DNA from: an uncultured Thermoleophilia bacterium
Lineage (GTDB): Bacteria; Actinomycetota; Thermoleophilia; UBA2241
Assembly: GCA_963715985.1 (NCBI GenBank)
Contig: CAVQSP010000011.1
Location: forward strand, 96,001 to 160,000
Direction of reading: 5' to 3'
DNA length: 64,000 nucleotides
Below, piece after piece: positions 31,960-42,981 of this stretch. A program made the translations under genes and the position numbers. Position 1 is the stretch's first letter. Every line of letters starts with the position of its first letter. The notes beneath the pieces are model-generated. The model saw only the letters and a program-made list of their open reading frames with translations, was not told where the DNA came from and searched no databases.

Positions 31960-32370
31960 TCAGTCGACCGCCTCGGCGGCGCCGAACGCCGCACCGCCGC
32001 CGTTCTCGCGCCACGGGATCACGAAGCAGCGCACGTCCACGTCGGGGAACGCGTTCTCGAGGAGGGAGCGCACGCGCTGCAGATCGCGCGCCAGCAGCTC
32101 GCGCTGATCGAAACCGAGCCCGCCCAGCGCGCGCTCGTAGGCGGCGCAGTCCTGATGCGAGACGAGGTAGATGGTGCGGATGCCGTGCACGTCCATCTGC
32201 GTGCGCACGCAGTCCAGAGCCACGCGGCGCTCGTTGCCCGGCCGCGTGAGCACCAGCGGCCCGCCCGGCACGAGCAGGCGGTCGGCGCCGGGCTCGCCCT
32301 CCTGCTCCTGAAGAGCGGCAAGGGCGTCGGCCACACGGCCGTCGCTACAGGCGATGAAGAGCGCGTTCAC
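31960..32370 (-). CDS. Small beta-carbonic anhydrase-like protein
   Basis: CSDGR...PGG...HQDCAAY (CxDxR and HxxC zinc ligands). Confidence 0.7.
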   Translation of the reverse strand: MNALFIACSDGRVADALAALQEQEGEPGADRLLVPGGPLVLTRPGNERRVALDCVRTQMDVHGIRTIYLVSHQDCAAYERALGGLGFDQRELLARDLQRVRSLLENAFPDVDVRCFVIPWRENGGGAAFGAAEAVD

Positions 32371-32526
32371 GAGGCGGAAGTATGCCAGATGAGCGCGCCC
32401 GGTACTACTCGGCTCGCAAGAGCCGGATGCGCCGCGGCCGCGGGACCGCGCTCTCTGCGGGCGCGTCTCCGGCGGGTCGGCCCGAATGGCCGCCGCCCCG
32501 GGCCGTTGCTAGACTGAGGGCTCCGC

Positions 32527-32616
32527 GGAGGGGTGGCAGAGCGGTTCATTGCACCGGTCTTGAAAACCGGCAACGGCGCAAGTCGTTCGTGGGTTCGAAT
32601 CCCACCCCCTCCGCCA
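32527..32616 (+). tRNA. tRNA-Ser(TGA), island integration site
   Basis: GGAGGGG/CCCCTCC acceptor, CCGGT-CTTGAAA-ACCGG, long variable arm, GGTTCGAATCC, CCA. Confidence 0.97.
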
Positions 32617-32698
32617 TTTTGCAGGGGTTTTGTGTAGACCGACCGCGCCCCATCGGGCCTCGAGACCGCGAGCAGTCGCCCGTTGGTTGCCATCTCGT

Positions 32699-33490
32699 TC
32701 AGTTCGTTCCGCGCCCAGCCTTGCTCATGGCCACCGCCAGAGCACCGTCCAGGAGCTTCACAGCCTCGTCCTGCATATCAGGAAGCACGTGCGAGTAGGT
32801 GCCCAGCGTGATGCCGACGGTGGCATGGCCGAGGCGCTCCGAGACGACCTTCGGATGCACGCCCTGCCGCAGCAGCAGGGTCGCGTGCGTGTGACGGAGA
32901 TCGTGGAACCGCACGTCTTTGCCCAGGGCCGTGACGGTCTTGCGCCAGCTGATCGAGAACTCGCTCGGTGACCAGGGCTGGCCCTCGTCCTCGCAGAGCA
33001 CGAGACCGCGGTCCTGGTACGCCGGTCCCTGTTCGAGGCGGCGAGCAGCCTGAGCGGCCTTGTGCTGCGTCAGAGCAGCAATCGTCGAGGGCATCAGCGA
33101 CACGGATCGCTGACCCTTCGCGGTCTTTGGAGCCTTGAACAGCAAGCCGGCGCCGGTCTCCTGAAGGTTCTGCCGCACGGCCAGTTTGCCGGCCTTGAGG
33201 TCGACATCCTGCCAGCGGAGGCCGAGGAGCTCGCCGCGCCGCATGCCAGTGCCGATGGCGAGGAGCGCCGGCAGGTGGAACCGCGTGCCTTCGAGTGCGC
33301 GCAGCAGCTCGGCACTGCCCGTCTCGTCGAGCACCCGAATGGGTTGACGAGCAGCGCGCGGCGGCCGCACAGCATCAGCCGGGTTCACCGTCAGCATCTG
33401 CCACCGCACAGCCTGGCGAAGAGACTCACGCAGTACGCGGTGATGATGGACCACCGTCTGCGCGGAGAGGCTGAGGCTCACAGCCTTCGG
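32699..33490 (-). pseudogene. Tyrosine integrase, N-terminally truncated
   Basis: GMRRGELLGLRWQD, PKT, FHDLRH, LGH, TYSH all present; similarity stops near 33490 with no arm-binding domain or start. Confidence 0.88.
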
Positions 33491-33572
33491 CTCCCCACCC
33501 AGCGCTTGGCAGTGATCGACCGTGACGAGTCGTCTCGTCGGGACCGCGTCGGCAACACCGGCTGCGACAGAC

Positions 33573-33600
33573 GCGGGGGCCGGCACGTGCCGGCCCCCGC
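33573..33600 (-). terminator. Perfect palindrome after the surface protein gene
   Basis: GCGGGGGCCGGCACGTGCCGGCCCCCGC, just downstream of the stop codon at 33624. Confidence 0.6.
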
Positions 33601-33623
33601 ATGACTCGGTCGTTGTTGCCAGA

Positions 33624-36600
33624 TCACCTGGAGACGTGCACGTAGCCGCCGCCGAGGACCGTCGTCGGATCGGCGTCGTCGGCCGCGCCGCCGTGCGAGT
33701 CGTAGATGAGTGCACCGTCCGCTTGCTTCCATATCTTGATGCGGAACGTCGACTTCCTCCCCGCGCCCGCCGCCTCGCCGTCGAGCGCGGAGACGAGGAA
33801 CCCGTAGGTGCCCTTACGGTTGATCCGCCCTGTGCCCTGGTAGACCACCTTAGGACCGGAGATGACCAGCGAGCTGCAGCTCGTCGAGGCGAAGTCGAGG
33901 CAGGCCGCCCAGAAGGTGAACTCGGTGGGCGCCATCCGCTCCCGGTCCTTCTTCGTCGAGTCGACGGAGAACTCGAAGCTAGCCTTGCCCTTGAGCGTCG
34001 GCTTGGCCGGGTAGGCACCGGCCGGCGACTCGATCCAGCCGCGGCCGACGGCGCTGCCCGTCGCGGTGGGCGCGGTCACCAGGCACTGCGCAGTGGCGCT
34101 GCCGACGCCGCCGTCCTTGTCGGTCACCGTGAGCGTCACGGTGTAGGCGCCGGCGGCGGCGTAGCTGTGCGAGCCGGCGACCCTGCCGGAGCCCTTGCTC
34201 TCGCTGAGCGTGGCGGGCGAACTGGTGCCGTCGCCCCAGGTCCAGACCGCGCTGTGCGTGTCGAGGGCGCCGGGGTCGCTGAAGGTCCCGCTCCAGGTGG
34301 TCTGGCTGCCGGGCGTGACGCTGCCCGCGCAAGCGCTGTTCAGCGCCACCGTGGGCGCCACGTTCAGGACGATGAGGTCGAAGCTGGCGGTCGCGAGCCC
34401 ACCCTTGCCGTCCTTCGTAGCGATCGTCACCTTCCGCGAGTCGGCGGGGCCGTCGCTCGTCTTCCAGCTCCACGCCCAGGTGCCGTCGGCCTTCTTCGTC
34501 ACGCAGCCGACCGAGGCGGAGAGGCTGACGGGGTCGTAGTCGGGGTCGCTCCAGGTGCCCGCGTTGGTGGCCGTCTGACCTTCGCCAACGCTCACAGAGG
34601 CGTTGGCCGCGGCGATCCCGGGCGGCCGGTTCGACGGCGGACTCACCTGGATCTGCGCGTAGAGCTCGGCGCCGCCACCGACGGCGATGCGCAGGCGGTA
34701 GATGCCGCTCACCAGCACCTTGGTGCTCAGGTTGTAGATGTACTGCTTGGCCTGCGTGTCGTAGCGGAACACGGTGCCGTCCTTCGGCGCCGAGGTCGAG
34801 GTGGGGTCGAAATCGGGGCCCCAGAGGTCACCCGTCATCAGCTTCGCCAGGTGCAACACCGGCGTGAGCGTGCTCAGCGGCTTGCCGCCGCTGTCGAAGA
34901 TCTGGAAATTGACGGGCGCGCTGCCCCCATCCACGACGCTGATCTTGGTGGGGCTCAACGGCGAGAGCACGCCGGCACTCGCGAAGGGCACGAGTAGCCG
35001 ACCGTCGTGGTCGTACCGTTGCAGGCCACGTCGATCGCCGTGACGGTGAAGCTCTTGGCGCCGAAGGTCGCAGTGTCGATCAGAGCGCCGCTGAGCACCG
35101 TGCCGACTGAGTAGCCACGCCTGAGTGGGCGTCCCGCACCGACCAGTCGGCGCTGACCGCCTGGCCCTTGAGGTAGGTGGCGCCCTCCTTCGGCATGATC
35201 AGGGTGATGACCGGCGGGGTGGTGTCCATGAGGACGATGGCCGGGCCGCCGGGATCGACGACCCTTGCGTCGGTCGTGAGCACGGCGTCGCCCCGTTGGC
35301 CGTCGATGTAGTGGAGCACGATCACCGTCCGATCGGCCTCGTGGGTGATTCCGGCGCCAGTGACGCCGTCGAACAGGAACTCATACCAATGGTTGACCGG
35401 ATACGCCGTGGTCGGCCCGTACTTCCAGTAGGAGTCGATCTCCGGGGTCAGCGGCAAGTAGTGAGTGACCGTGACCACCGCTCCCGTACCGACACCTTCG
35501 ACCGCATAGCTCATGAGGCCGTACGGCATCTCGATGGTGTCGGGTGGGTCTTCGGGCGGGACGATTGCCTCGACCTCGGTCAGGTGTGTCCCCGCCGGCG
35601 ATTCGACGGTCACGTACTGTCCGTCGACAGCATTCGGCAGCGATGCGACGTTGCCTTGGTCGCGGTCGGGTACGCCGTCGGCGTTGCCGTCACCGCTGTT
35701 GGGAGCTCCATCCTCGACAGGTCCGGCGATGCCGTCGGCGTCTTCGTCCGCGAAGGCGGCGTGGTGCTCGGCGATCTCTGCGTCGGAAAGGGCCCGGACG
35801 TGGACCGCCACCTCGTCGATGGTCCCACCGAGCATGGCTTCGAACTCGAACCACAAGGAGTGAGCGCCGATGGTGAGACTCTGCCCCCAGTCGGCATCGG
35901 GCCCGAAGCCGGCGTTGATGCCGGTTTGCTCAGTAGCCAATGCACCGTTGACATAGAGACGCGTAGCGAAGCCGTTGTACGTGCCGGCCAGGTGATACCA
36001 GTTGCCCGGCACCAGCACCGGATCGGACGCAATGCGTCGGGTCATGTTGGACGTGTCCACTGACCACCGGACCCGACCGTCGTCGGTCACGTCCAGGTAG
36101 TAGTTCCACCCATTCCTCGCCAAGATGTCGCCATTCTGCAGCACTGTGCCAGAGGAGCCCTCCGCGGGGAGCTCGTCGAGCATGACCCAGGCCTCGACCG
36201 TTACCGCATTGGTCGGGTAGAAGTCCGCGTGGTAGGGAACCGTCACCACATCGCCGATCCCGTCGAAGGACAGCGCCGAGCCCGACACCCCGGTCGTCCA
36301 CGTGGCCCCGACCACAGTGCCGTCATGCCCGCGGCCCGTAGCGTCGATAGCGGTCGTCCCCTGGCCTTCGTCGAAGGGCCAGGACGCCACCGTGGCCGAC
36401 CCGACCTCTACCGTGACGGTGTAGGCGGTGGTGCCGCCGTCCTTGTCGCGGATGCGGCCCGCCACGGTGCGGACGCCGCTCGCGGTGGTCGGGAAGGTCA
36501 CGGAGGCGGTGGGGCCGTAGGCGCCCAGGCCGGAGCCGTCGCCGCAGTCGAAGGCGTACCCGAAGCCGGCCGCGGTGTCGGCGGCCGAGGGGTCGGAGGG

Positions 36601-39600
36601 AGCCGACAGCTTCAGCACGATGTCTTGGCCGGCCACCACCGAGGCCGGTGCCTCGAAGGTGGCGGTCGGGGCGACGTTGGTGATGAGCGCCGTGGTCGTC
36701 GCGGTGCCGGTGGCGCCGTGCGTGTCGGTCACCCGCAGGGCGACCGGGTAGGTGCCGTTGTCGTCGTAGGTCCAGGCGGCGGTGGAGCCGACGGCGTCAT
36801 CGAAGATGCCGTCGGCGTCGAGGTCCCATGCGTAGGAGACGATCGAGTCGCCGCTCCCCTGGTCGGGGTCGCTCGAACCCCTGCCGTCGAGCATGACGGA
36901 CCCGCCCTCGGAGGCCGCGTAGGGGCCGCCTGCGTAGGCGATCGGCGGATGGTTCGGGGGCGTCACCTCCACGGTGGCCGAGTAGATGGTGGTGCCGCCG
37001 TCCTTGTCGCGGATGCGGCCCGCCACGGTGCGGACGCCGCTCGCGGTGGTCGGGAAGGTCACGGAGGCGGTGGGGCCGTAGGCGCCCAGGCCGGAGCCGT
37101 CGCCGCGGTCGAAGGCGTACCCGAAGCCGGCCGCGGTGTCGGCGAACGAGGGGTCGGAGGGAGCCGACAGCTTCAGCACGATGTCTTGGCCGGCCACCAC
37201 CGAGGCCGGTGCCTCGAAGGTGGCGGTCGGGGCGACGTTGGTGATGAGCGCCGTGGTCGTCGCGGTGCCGGTGGCGCCGTGCGTGTCGGTCACCCGCAGG
37301 GCGACCGGGTAGGTGCCGTTGTCGTCGTAGGTCCAGGCGGCGGTGGAGCCGACGGCGTCATCGAAGATGCCGTCGGCGTCGAGGTCCCATGCGTAGGAGA
37401 CGATACTGTCGCCGCTTGCGGCGTCGATGTCGAACGAATTGCGGCCTTCGAGCGCGAATGACCCGCCCTCGGCGGCGGTGTAGGGGCCGCCTGCGTAGGC
37501 GATCGGCGGGTTGTTCGGCGGCGGAGTGACCGTGATCGTCACCGTGGCGGTGGCGCGCTGGCCGAGGGCGTCGACGGCGGCGTAGGTGAAGGCGTCCATG
37601 CCGGCGAACCCCGCCGCCGGGACGTAGGTGAACGAGCCGTCGGCGGCGAGGGAGAGCGTGCCGTGGGTGACGTCGTCGCCCAGCGCGGCGGTGAGCGGGC
37701 CGCCCTCGGGGTCGCTGTCGTTGCCGAGCACGCCGGGCGCGGGGACGGTCAGGCTGCCGGACTCCACCACGGTGTAGGCGTCGCCGGCGGCGAGGGGCGG
37801 GTCGTTGGCGAACTCGGCGTGGTGCTCGGCGATCTCGCTGGCGGACAGCGAGCGGGCGTGGATCGCCACCTCGTCGATGGCGCCGGCGAGCATCTGGCTG
37901 AGCGCGGAGCCGTAGTAGTAGGCGCCGATGGTGAGCGGGTAGCTCCGGCTGATGAGGGCGGCCGTGATGCCGGTCGCTTCGGCGGCGAGTTCCCCGTCCA
38001 CGTACAGGCGGGAGGCCGAGCGGTCGTACGTGCCGGCCAGGTGATACCAGCGGCCCGGCACGAGCGCCGTATCGGACGTGATCCTCCTGATCCCGTCACC
38101 CGTGAACAGCGACCACTGGACGTGGCCGCCCTCGATCGGGGACAGGTAGTAGCTCCACGTGCTGGCAACCCCGTTGCCGTTCAGCAGCACGGTGGCGCCA
38201 GTGCCGGCCGCGGGGAGCCTGTCGAGTTTCACCCAGGCTTCCGCGGTGACCGACTGGGTCGGCCAGAGGTCGGGGTGGTAGGGAGCGGTCACAACGTCGT
38301 TGACGCCGTCGAAGGACAGCGCCGAGCCCGACACCCCGGTCGTCCACGTGGACCCGACGACGGTACCGTTGTGGCCGCGGCCCGTAGCGTCGAACGCGGT
38401 CGTTCCCTCGCCTTCGTCAAAGGACCAAGACGCCATCGTGAGCGACGCGACCGTGATCGTCACCGTGGCGGTGGCGCGCTGGCCGAGGGCGTCGACGGCG
38501 GCGTAGGTGAAGGCGTCCATGCCGGCGAACCCCGCCGCCGGGACATAGGTGAACGAGCCGTCGGCGGCGAGGGAGAGCGTGCCGTGGGTGACGTCGTCGC
38601 CCAGCGCGGCGGTGAGCGGGCCGCCCTCGGGGTCGCTGTCGTTGCCGAGCACGCCGGGCGCGGGGACGGTGAGGCTGCCGGACTCCACCACGGTGTAGGC
38701 GTCGCCGGCGGCGAGGGGCGGGTCGTTGGCCTCACGCTCGACCACGAACGGATCCCATCCTGAATCGGAGACGTCGTCCCAGCCAATCGGGGGCTTGTTC
38801 CAAATCCTGGCCGCGTCTTGGCCTCCATGGTAGTCGTTGGGCTCGTCGGGGAGCCATCCGGTGAAGGTGACCGGCTCGCCGCTCGCCCAGACCCATGTAC
38901 CTTCGATAGCACGGTCATTCATGCCGATGTAATACTCGGTCCCGAACGTGGCGATGAGCCAGCCGTTCTCGGCCGCGTCGCTGACCGTCACGAGATGGCC
39001 GCCGAGCGAGACCGCGTAGGCTTCGGCATCGGCCCAGGGCCTGCCGTCCTCGACGAACAGGTAGTCGTGGCCGGTGGCGGGGTTGTGCTGCCAGCCCTCG
39101 GGCCGCGGCACCTGCCAGGCGACCACCGTGGCGTTGCCATCGTCGTCGAACTGCGCGGCGCCTCCGGCGATGCCCGGCACGATGTCGACCGATGGCTCGT
39201 CGGGGCCACCGGCCACCGAGAAGTCCGCCATCCACTGACCGGAGGCGTCGGCGGTGATGTTGCGCTCCGCGCCGTCGATGACGTCGAAGAACAGGTGCAC
39301 CGCGCTGTCCGGCGTGGGCACCGTCCCAGACACGCGGTCGGCAGCGACGTCGACGGACGTGACCCGGAGGTCGATCACTATGTGTGACTTCGTCGTGGTC
39401 CCGTCAGTCACGCTGACCACGTCGCCCGCTTTGATTTCGTGCTGGACGTCGAACCAGCCGCCATAGCCCACGTCGGTCCACTCGACGGCGACGAACTCGG
39501 TCGCGTAGTCGGGCGACGGCGCGGTCAGGGGATCGTCGACCGTCACCGTGAGCGTGCTGTCGGCGGGCCAGAACTTCGCGAAGATGCCGGCAGCCCCCAC

Positions 39601-40716
39601 GCCGGGGTGCGCGTCGAACGACGGCAGTGGTGGCGCCTGCCAGCCGACATTCGTGCTGTCGCCGTCTTCATCGGCCTGCGCGGCAATGCCCGTCGTGCCC
39701 GGCACGATGTCGAGGACGGCCGAAAGATCGACTATCCAGGTGCCATCGCCTGCGGCGAAGGTGGAGAACCCCCCAGCAGCATCGTTCCACAGTGAGACCT
39801 CGGTGCCGGGCGAAGCCGTGCCGCGCACCACGTCCGCGGCTTGGTCGACCGAGATCACCGCAACGGCAGTCACGGTATGCGACTTGGTCGTGATCCCGTC
39901 CGTGACCGTGACCACATCACCCGGTTTGACCACGTAGTCGAACCAACGGCCGAACCCGTCTCCACCCACCGGATACTCCTCAGCGACGATACTCGTCGTG
40001 AAGTCCGGCGAGGCCGGAGTCGTCGGATCCTCGATCGTGAGCGCCAGCGTCTCTCCGGCGGTCCACCACTGGAAGTACACAAGGGTGCGCTCGGCGTCGC
40101 GGTGGACCTCGAACGCCGGGAGCTCCATGAGCTGCAGGTCGAAAGCGGTCTGGTCGCCGTCCGCGTCGCCGATGTTGGCCCCGACATGCGTATAGGGGGT
40201 GATGTCGACGCCGATGGCGCCGAAGTCGGCCGTCCAGTCCCCGTTGCCGTCCGAGGTGACCTCGAGGCCCGGAGTCTCATCCCCAACACCGGCGTCCACC
40301 CAGAACGTCGCGCTCGGCGGCGCGGTGCCCGTCACGGTGTCCTCGGCCGGCGAGAGCCCGTCGATGGAGAGGACCGCGAGGGTGAGCTCCCTGGTGGCCA
40401 GCCCCTCAGAGACCGAGATGCACATCCCGGGAACGAGGTCGACGCCCGGCACGGCCTCGAACCAGCCGACCGCGCCGACCAGCGCGGACCCCGAGTACAG
40501 GACCGTCCCGCCCGGCGCGTCCTTGACGACGACCGTCACCGTGGCGTACGGCGTGAAGCCGGGGCCGCTGATGGTGTCATAGCTGAGGTTGCCTTCGAAC
40601 GAAGCGTCCTCCAACTGCGCGGACGCAGCCGGCACGAAGATGAGGAGCGCGGCCAGTGCCGCCACGAACGCCAGAACGTGGAGCGCCCGGCCACCCGCAG
40701 ACCACCGAGTACGCAT
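33624..40716 (-). CDS. Giant secreted modular surface protein/adhesin (~2,360 aa): N-terminal Ig-like repeats, C-type lectin, cadherin/Ig x2, LamG x2, PKD repeats, choice-of-anchor-U-like, PxKF-like; frameshifts near 35100 and 34990
   Basis: Signal peptide after GGAGGGGG RBS; WADAEAYA..GGHLVT..EPND lectin; GVLGNDSDPEG; WYHLAGTY; YAWDLDADG; YWKYGPT; continuity ATQS(A)TVLSGALIDTATFGAKSFTV links ORFs 35080..40821 and 33624..34991. Confidence 0.85.
36427..37404. repeat. Near-identical intragenic duplication (PKD + Ig module), period 561 bp
   Basis: 36427-36843 matches 36988-37404 with only a few substitutions. Confidence 0.9.
37528..38730. repeat. Near-identical 282-bp intragenic duplication (cadherin/Ig module)
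   Basis: 37528-37809 matches 38449-38730 (offset 921). Confidence 0.9.
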
Positions 40717-40862
40717 CACAAACCCCCTCCTCGCAGCGAATACGCTGCGTCCCACCCGTCGCACGCCTGCATGCGCCCGTTCTCTCTCCCTCGCGACGTT
40801 TGGCCCCCGACACCGACCCAAGGCACCGTGCGCTGTACCTCAGAAATGCGAAGACCGGCCCG

Positions 40863-40938
40863 CGGGCCGGTCTCACCAGTGGCTCCCCGCCGGACCGCGG
40901 TGGCCGCAGTGTTACGTTCGGCGGATCACAGCCTCCCG
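40863..40938 (-). ncRNA. c-di-GMP-II-like riboswitch, GAG variant
   Basis: CGGG-A-GGC-TGTGA-TCCGCCG...GCGGCCACCGC...CGGCGGG-GA-GCC-ACT-GGTG-AGACCGG-CCCG: P1, P2, k-turn, P3, CACC/GGTG pseudoknot; lies in the 5' leader of the adhesin gene. Confidence 0.8.
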
Positions 40939-41574
40939 TATTGAGCCTTGCTCATACCAGGAGTCTCGTATCTGGTCTTTCTACCCGCTGGAGAGGGGAG
41001 TACGCCGTTCAGGTACTGTCACGCCCGCAGTTGACCGGAGCGCCGCTTTCAGTCGGTCCTGACCGGACGCTCTGTACGTGTGGGCGTAGTCCCTGAACAC
41101 GGCGGCCGCTCGAGTTACGGAGAACCAAGACCCAGGAAGAACCGCTCTCTCGGGCGGTAATCTCGATTGCAGAGTCCCCACCGTTTTCTCACGCTCGACT
41201 GCATGCGCCGCGTCGCGCCGACCTCAAGCGTGAGCCTGGCCGCCCCGGGGGGGCATCCACCCGGCATCGTGGCTCCCCCGTGCAACACCGCGTCCGTCCG
41301 CGCCGCCCCTCCCGTCGATCCGCACCTCGAGAACCGGGTACGCGGCGCAAGCGGACGTGCACGCCCGACAGATTGCACCGGCCGGCCGAGGTACGTATGC
41401 CAGGCGCCGCTCCGCCAGGGTCCGGAATCCGGTTGCCATTTGGTTGCCCAGTTGCCTGCGGCTCGCTACGGCTGGTGACAGGTGGATGAGGAAGGAAATC
41501 GCCTTGAACAGGGCTTTCTTCTGCTGGAAGCGGATACCAGCGGGAGCCTGAGGAGCAGTCTCCCGAACCTGAAG

Positions 41575-41626
41575 AACCGGCAACGGCGCAAGTCGTTCGT
41601 GGGTTCGAATCCCACCCCCTCCGCCA
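41575..41626 (+). repeat. att site: duplicated 3' half of tRNA-Ser(TGA)
   Basis: AACCGGCAACGGCGCAAGTCGTTCGTGGGTTCGAATCCCACCCCCTCCGCCA identical to 32565-32616. Confidence 0.95.
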
Positions 41627-41777
41627 GAACGCTGATCGAGCCCGTCTCCCTCCTCGGGCCCGCGCGAGCGGCCGATCTTCTGGACAAGGCCGGCTCGCTC
41701 TGCACGCCTCGTCTGGGTCCGCGCGGGCAAGTCGGCTGCACCGGCGCACCCGTGCCCGCAGAGGTTACAATCAGGCC

Positions 41778-42005
41778 ATGCTGACCGCGGCACTCTTCCT
41801 CGCCCTGGCCTTGGCGGTGTTCGTGGCCGCGACCGTCGTTGCCGTGGTGGTCATGGTCGCCGTGGGCGCGAGGCGCGGCACTCGCACCCCCAACGCGGTC
41901 GATGCCGCCACGGTGTCCCTCATCAGGCGTCGCTCCCGGAGACTCGGGCTGGCCGCAAGCACGCCGCCCGGTGACGGCGAGCCCGTCTCCCGAGGGGACT
42001 CCTAG
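41778..42005 (+). CDS. Small single-TM hypothetical protein
   Basis: Hydrophobic N-terminal helix followed by basic residues. Confidence 0.35.
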   Translation: MLTAALFLALALAVFVAATVVAVVVMVAVGARRGTRTPNAVDAATVSLIRRRSRRLGLAASTPPGDGEPVSRGDS

Positions 42006-42443
42006 CAGCGCCGTTCCGGCCGTCCCACTGCGGTGGGACGCTCGGCCTCCAGCTGCGGTACCCAAGGCGCCGAAGACCACGGCGAGACGAATCGGAAGCG
42101 CAGGCGAGCAGCTGACGGTCTCCAGTCGCGTCAGGTCACCTCCGATACCTGCCCTTCGGGACTCGTGCACTCTGCGCCGAGCCAGTACGTTCTGAGATCG
42201 GAGGGCGACCTATGATCACGTGGATGCATCTGCTTCACGACCATCTGCAGTACCTCATGAGCTTCTTCTGCGGCGGGGTCGGCATGCGCTGAGCGAAGCG
42301 CGCCGCGGCGGCTGCGGAGCGGCCCGCCGCGCGCGAGACCACCAGGCGGCCCGTTCGGCAGCTCGCTGAGGGGGCCGCCTCCTTCGTGCAGTGCGGTCTG
42401 GCCTGCCTGATCCCCGAAGCATCGGGCTGCGCAGGATCGCGGC

Positions 42444-42812
42444 TCATTCCTCCGGCGGGCGCGGGTAGAAGACCACCAGGAGGATCGGAGTCGCGATCGC
42501 GAGCACCAGCAGGATCCCCGCGGGAAGCAGCGCGTGGTCTTCAAAGACGACGCGGTACGCGATGGCCAGCGCGGAGAGCGCCGTGAAGACGATGAGCACC
42601 TGGACCATGAGGCGCTCACGCCACGGATCGCGGGAAGCCCTCAGCGCGCCGAGGCCCAGTGCGAGCAGCGCCGCGGCGAGCACCTTGCCCGACGTCGTGT
42701 CCGCCAGGTCGCCGGCGCTGCCCAGGGCGAAGGCGAGCGGGATGGCGATGACCACGGTGCCGACGGCGTACACCGCGAGCAGCAGCCTCGTCACCGTGTT
42801 CCGTTCGGGCAT
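42444..42812 (-). CDS. Four-TM hypothetical membrane protein
   Basis: GGAGG RBS, four hydrophobic helices. Confidence 0.7.
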   Translation of the reverse strand: MPERNTVTRLLLAVYAVGTVVIAIPLAFALGSAGDLADTTSGKVLAAALLALGLGALRASRDPWRERLMVQVLIVFTALSALAIAYRVVFEDHALLPAGILLVLAIATPILLVVFYPRPPEE

Positions 42813-42881
42813 CGTTTGCCTCCAGTCCGGCTCGGCCTGCACCGAGAGCGCCGACGGCAGGAGTCTATCGTCGCCGGAACG

Positions 42882-42923
42882 GCGACGGGGGCGGCGGGTC
42901 CTCAGACCCGCCGCCCCCGTCGC
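42882..42923. terminator. 19-bp perfect hairpin downstream of glnA
   Basis: GCGACGGGGGCGGCGGGTC-CTCA-GACCCGCCGCCCCCGTCGC. Confidence 0.65.
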
Positions 42924-42981
42924 ACATCAGCACTCGAGGCGGGCGGCCGGGCGCCTCAGCGCCTCGCGCCCGCGGCGACCG

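Larger units (their letters stand above)
32565..41626. mobile_element. Degenerate integrative element / genomic island in tRNA-Ser(TGA)
   Basis: 52-bp direct repeat of the tRNA 3' half at 32565-32616 and 41575-41626; integrase remnant next to the tRNA. Confidence 0.9.

Noticed and set aside
32699-34018. 439-aa full-length integrase ORF
   Set aside because: Its N-terminal part is an alternate frame of the adhesin 3' end and terminator.
36427-38730. Diversity-generating retroelement template/variable repeats
   Set aside because: No reverse transcriptase; both copies are in-frame coding modules and the differences are not adenine-specific.
40990-41135. yybP-ykoY riboswitch (GGGGAGTA ... CAAGACC)
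   Set aside because: P1 does not pair, the CGUCA loop is missing and there is no downstream transporter; the same applies near 62330.
41240-41330. Second degenerate c-di-GMP-II aptamer (GGGAGG...GGAGCCAC on minus strand)
   Set aside because: Lacks the k-turn, pseudoknot and ACCG strand.
41575-41626. Second tRNA-Ser(TGA) gene
   Set aside because: Only the 3' half is present; it is the att duplication.
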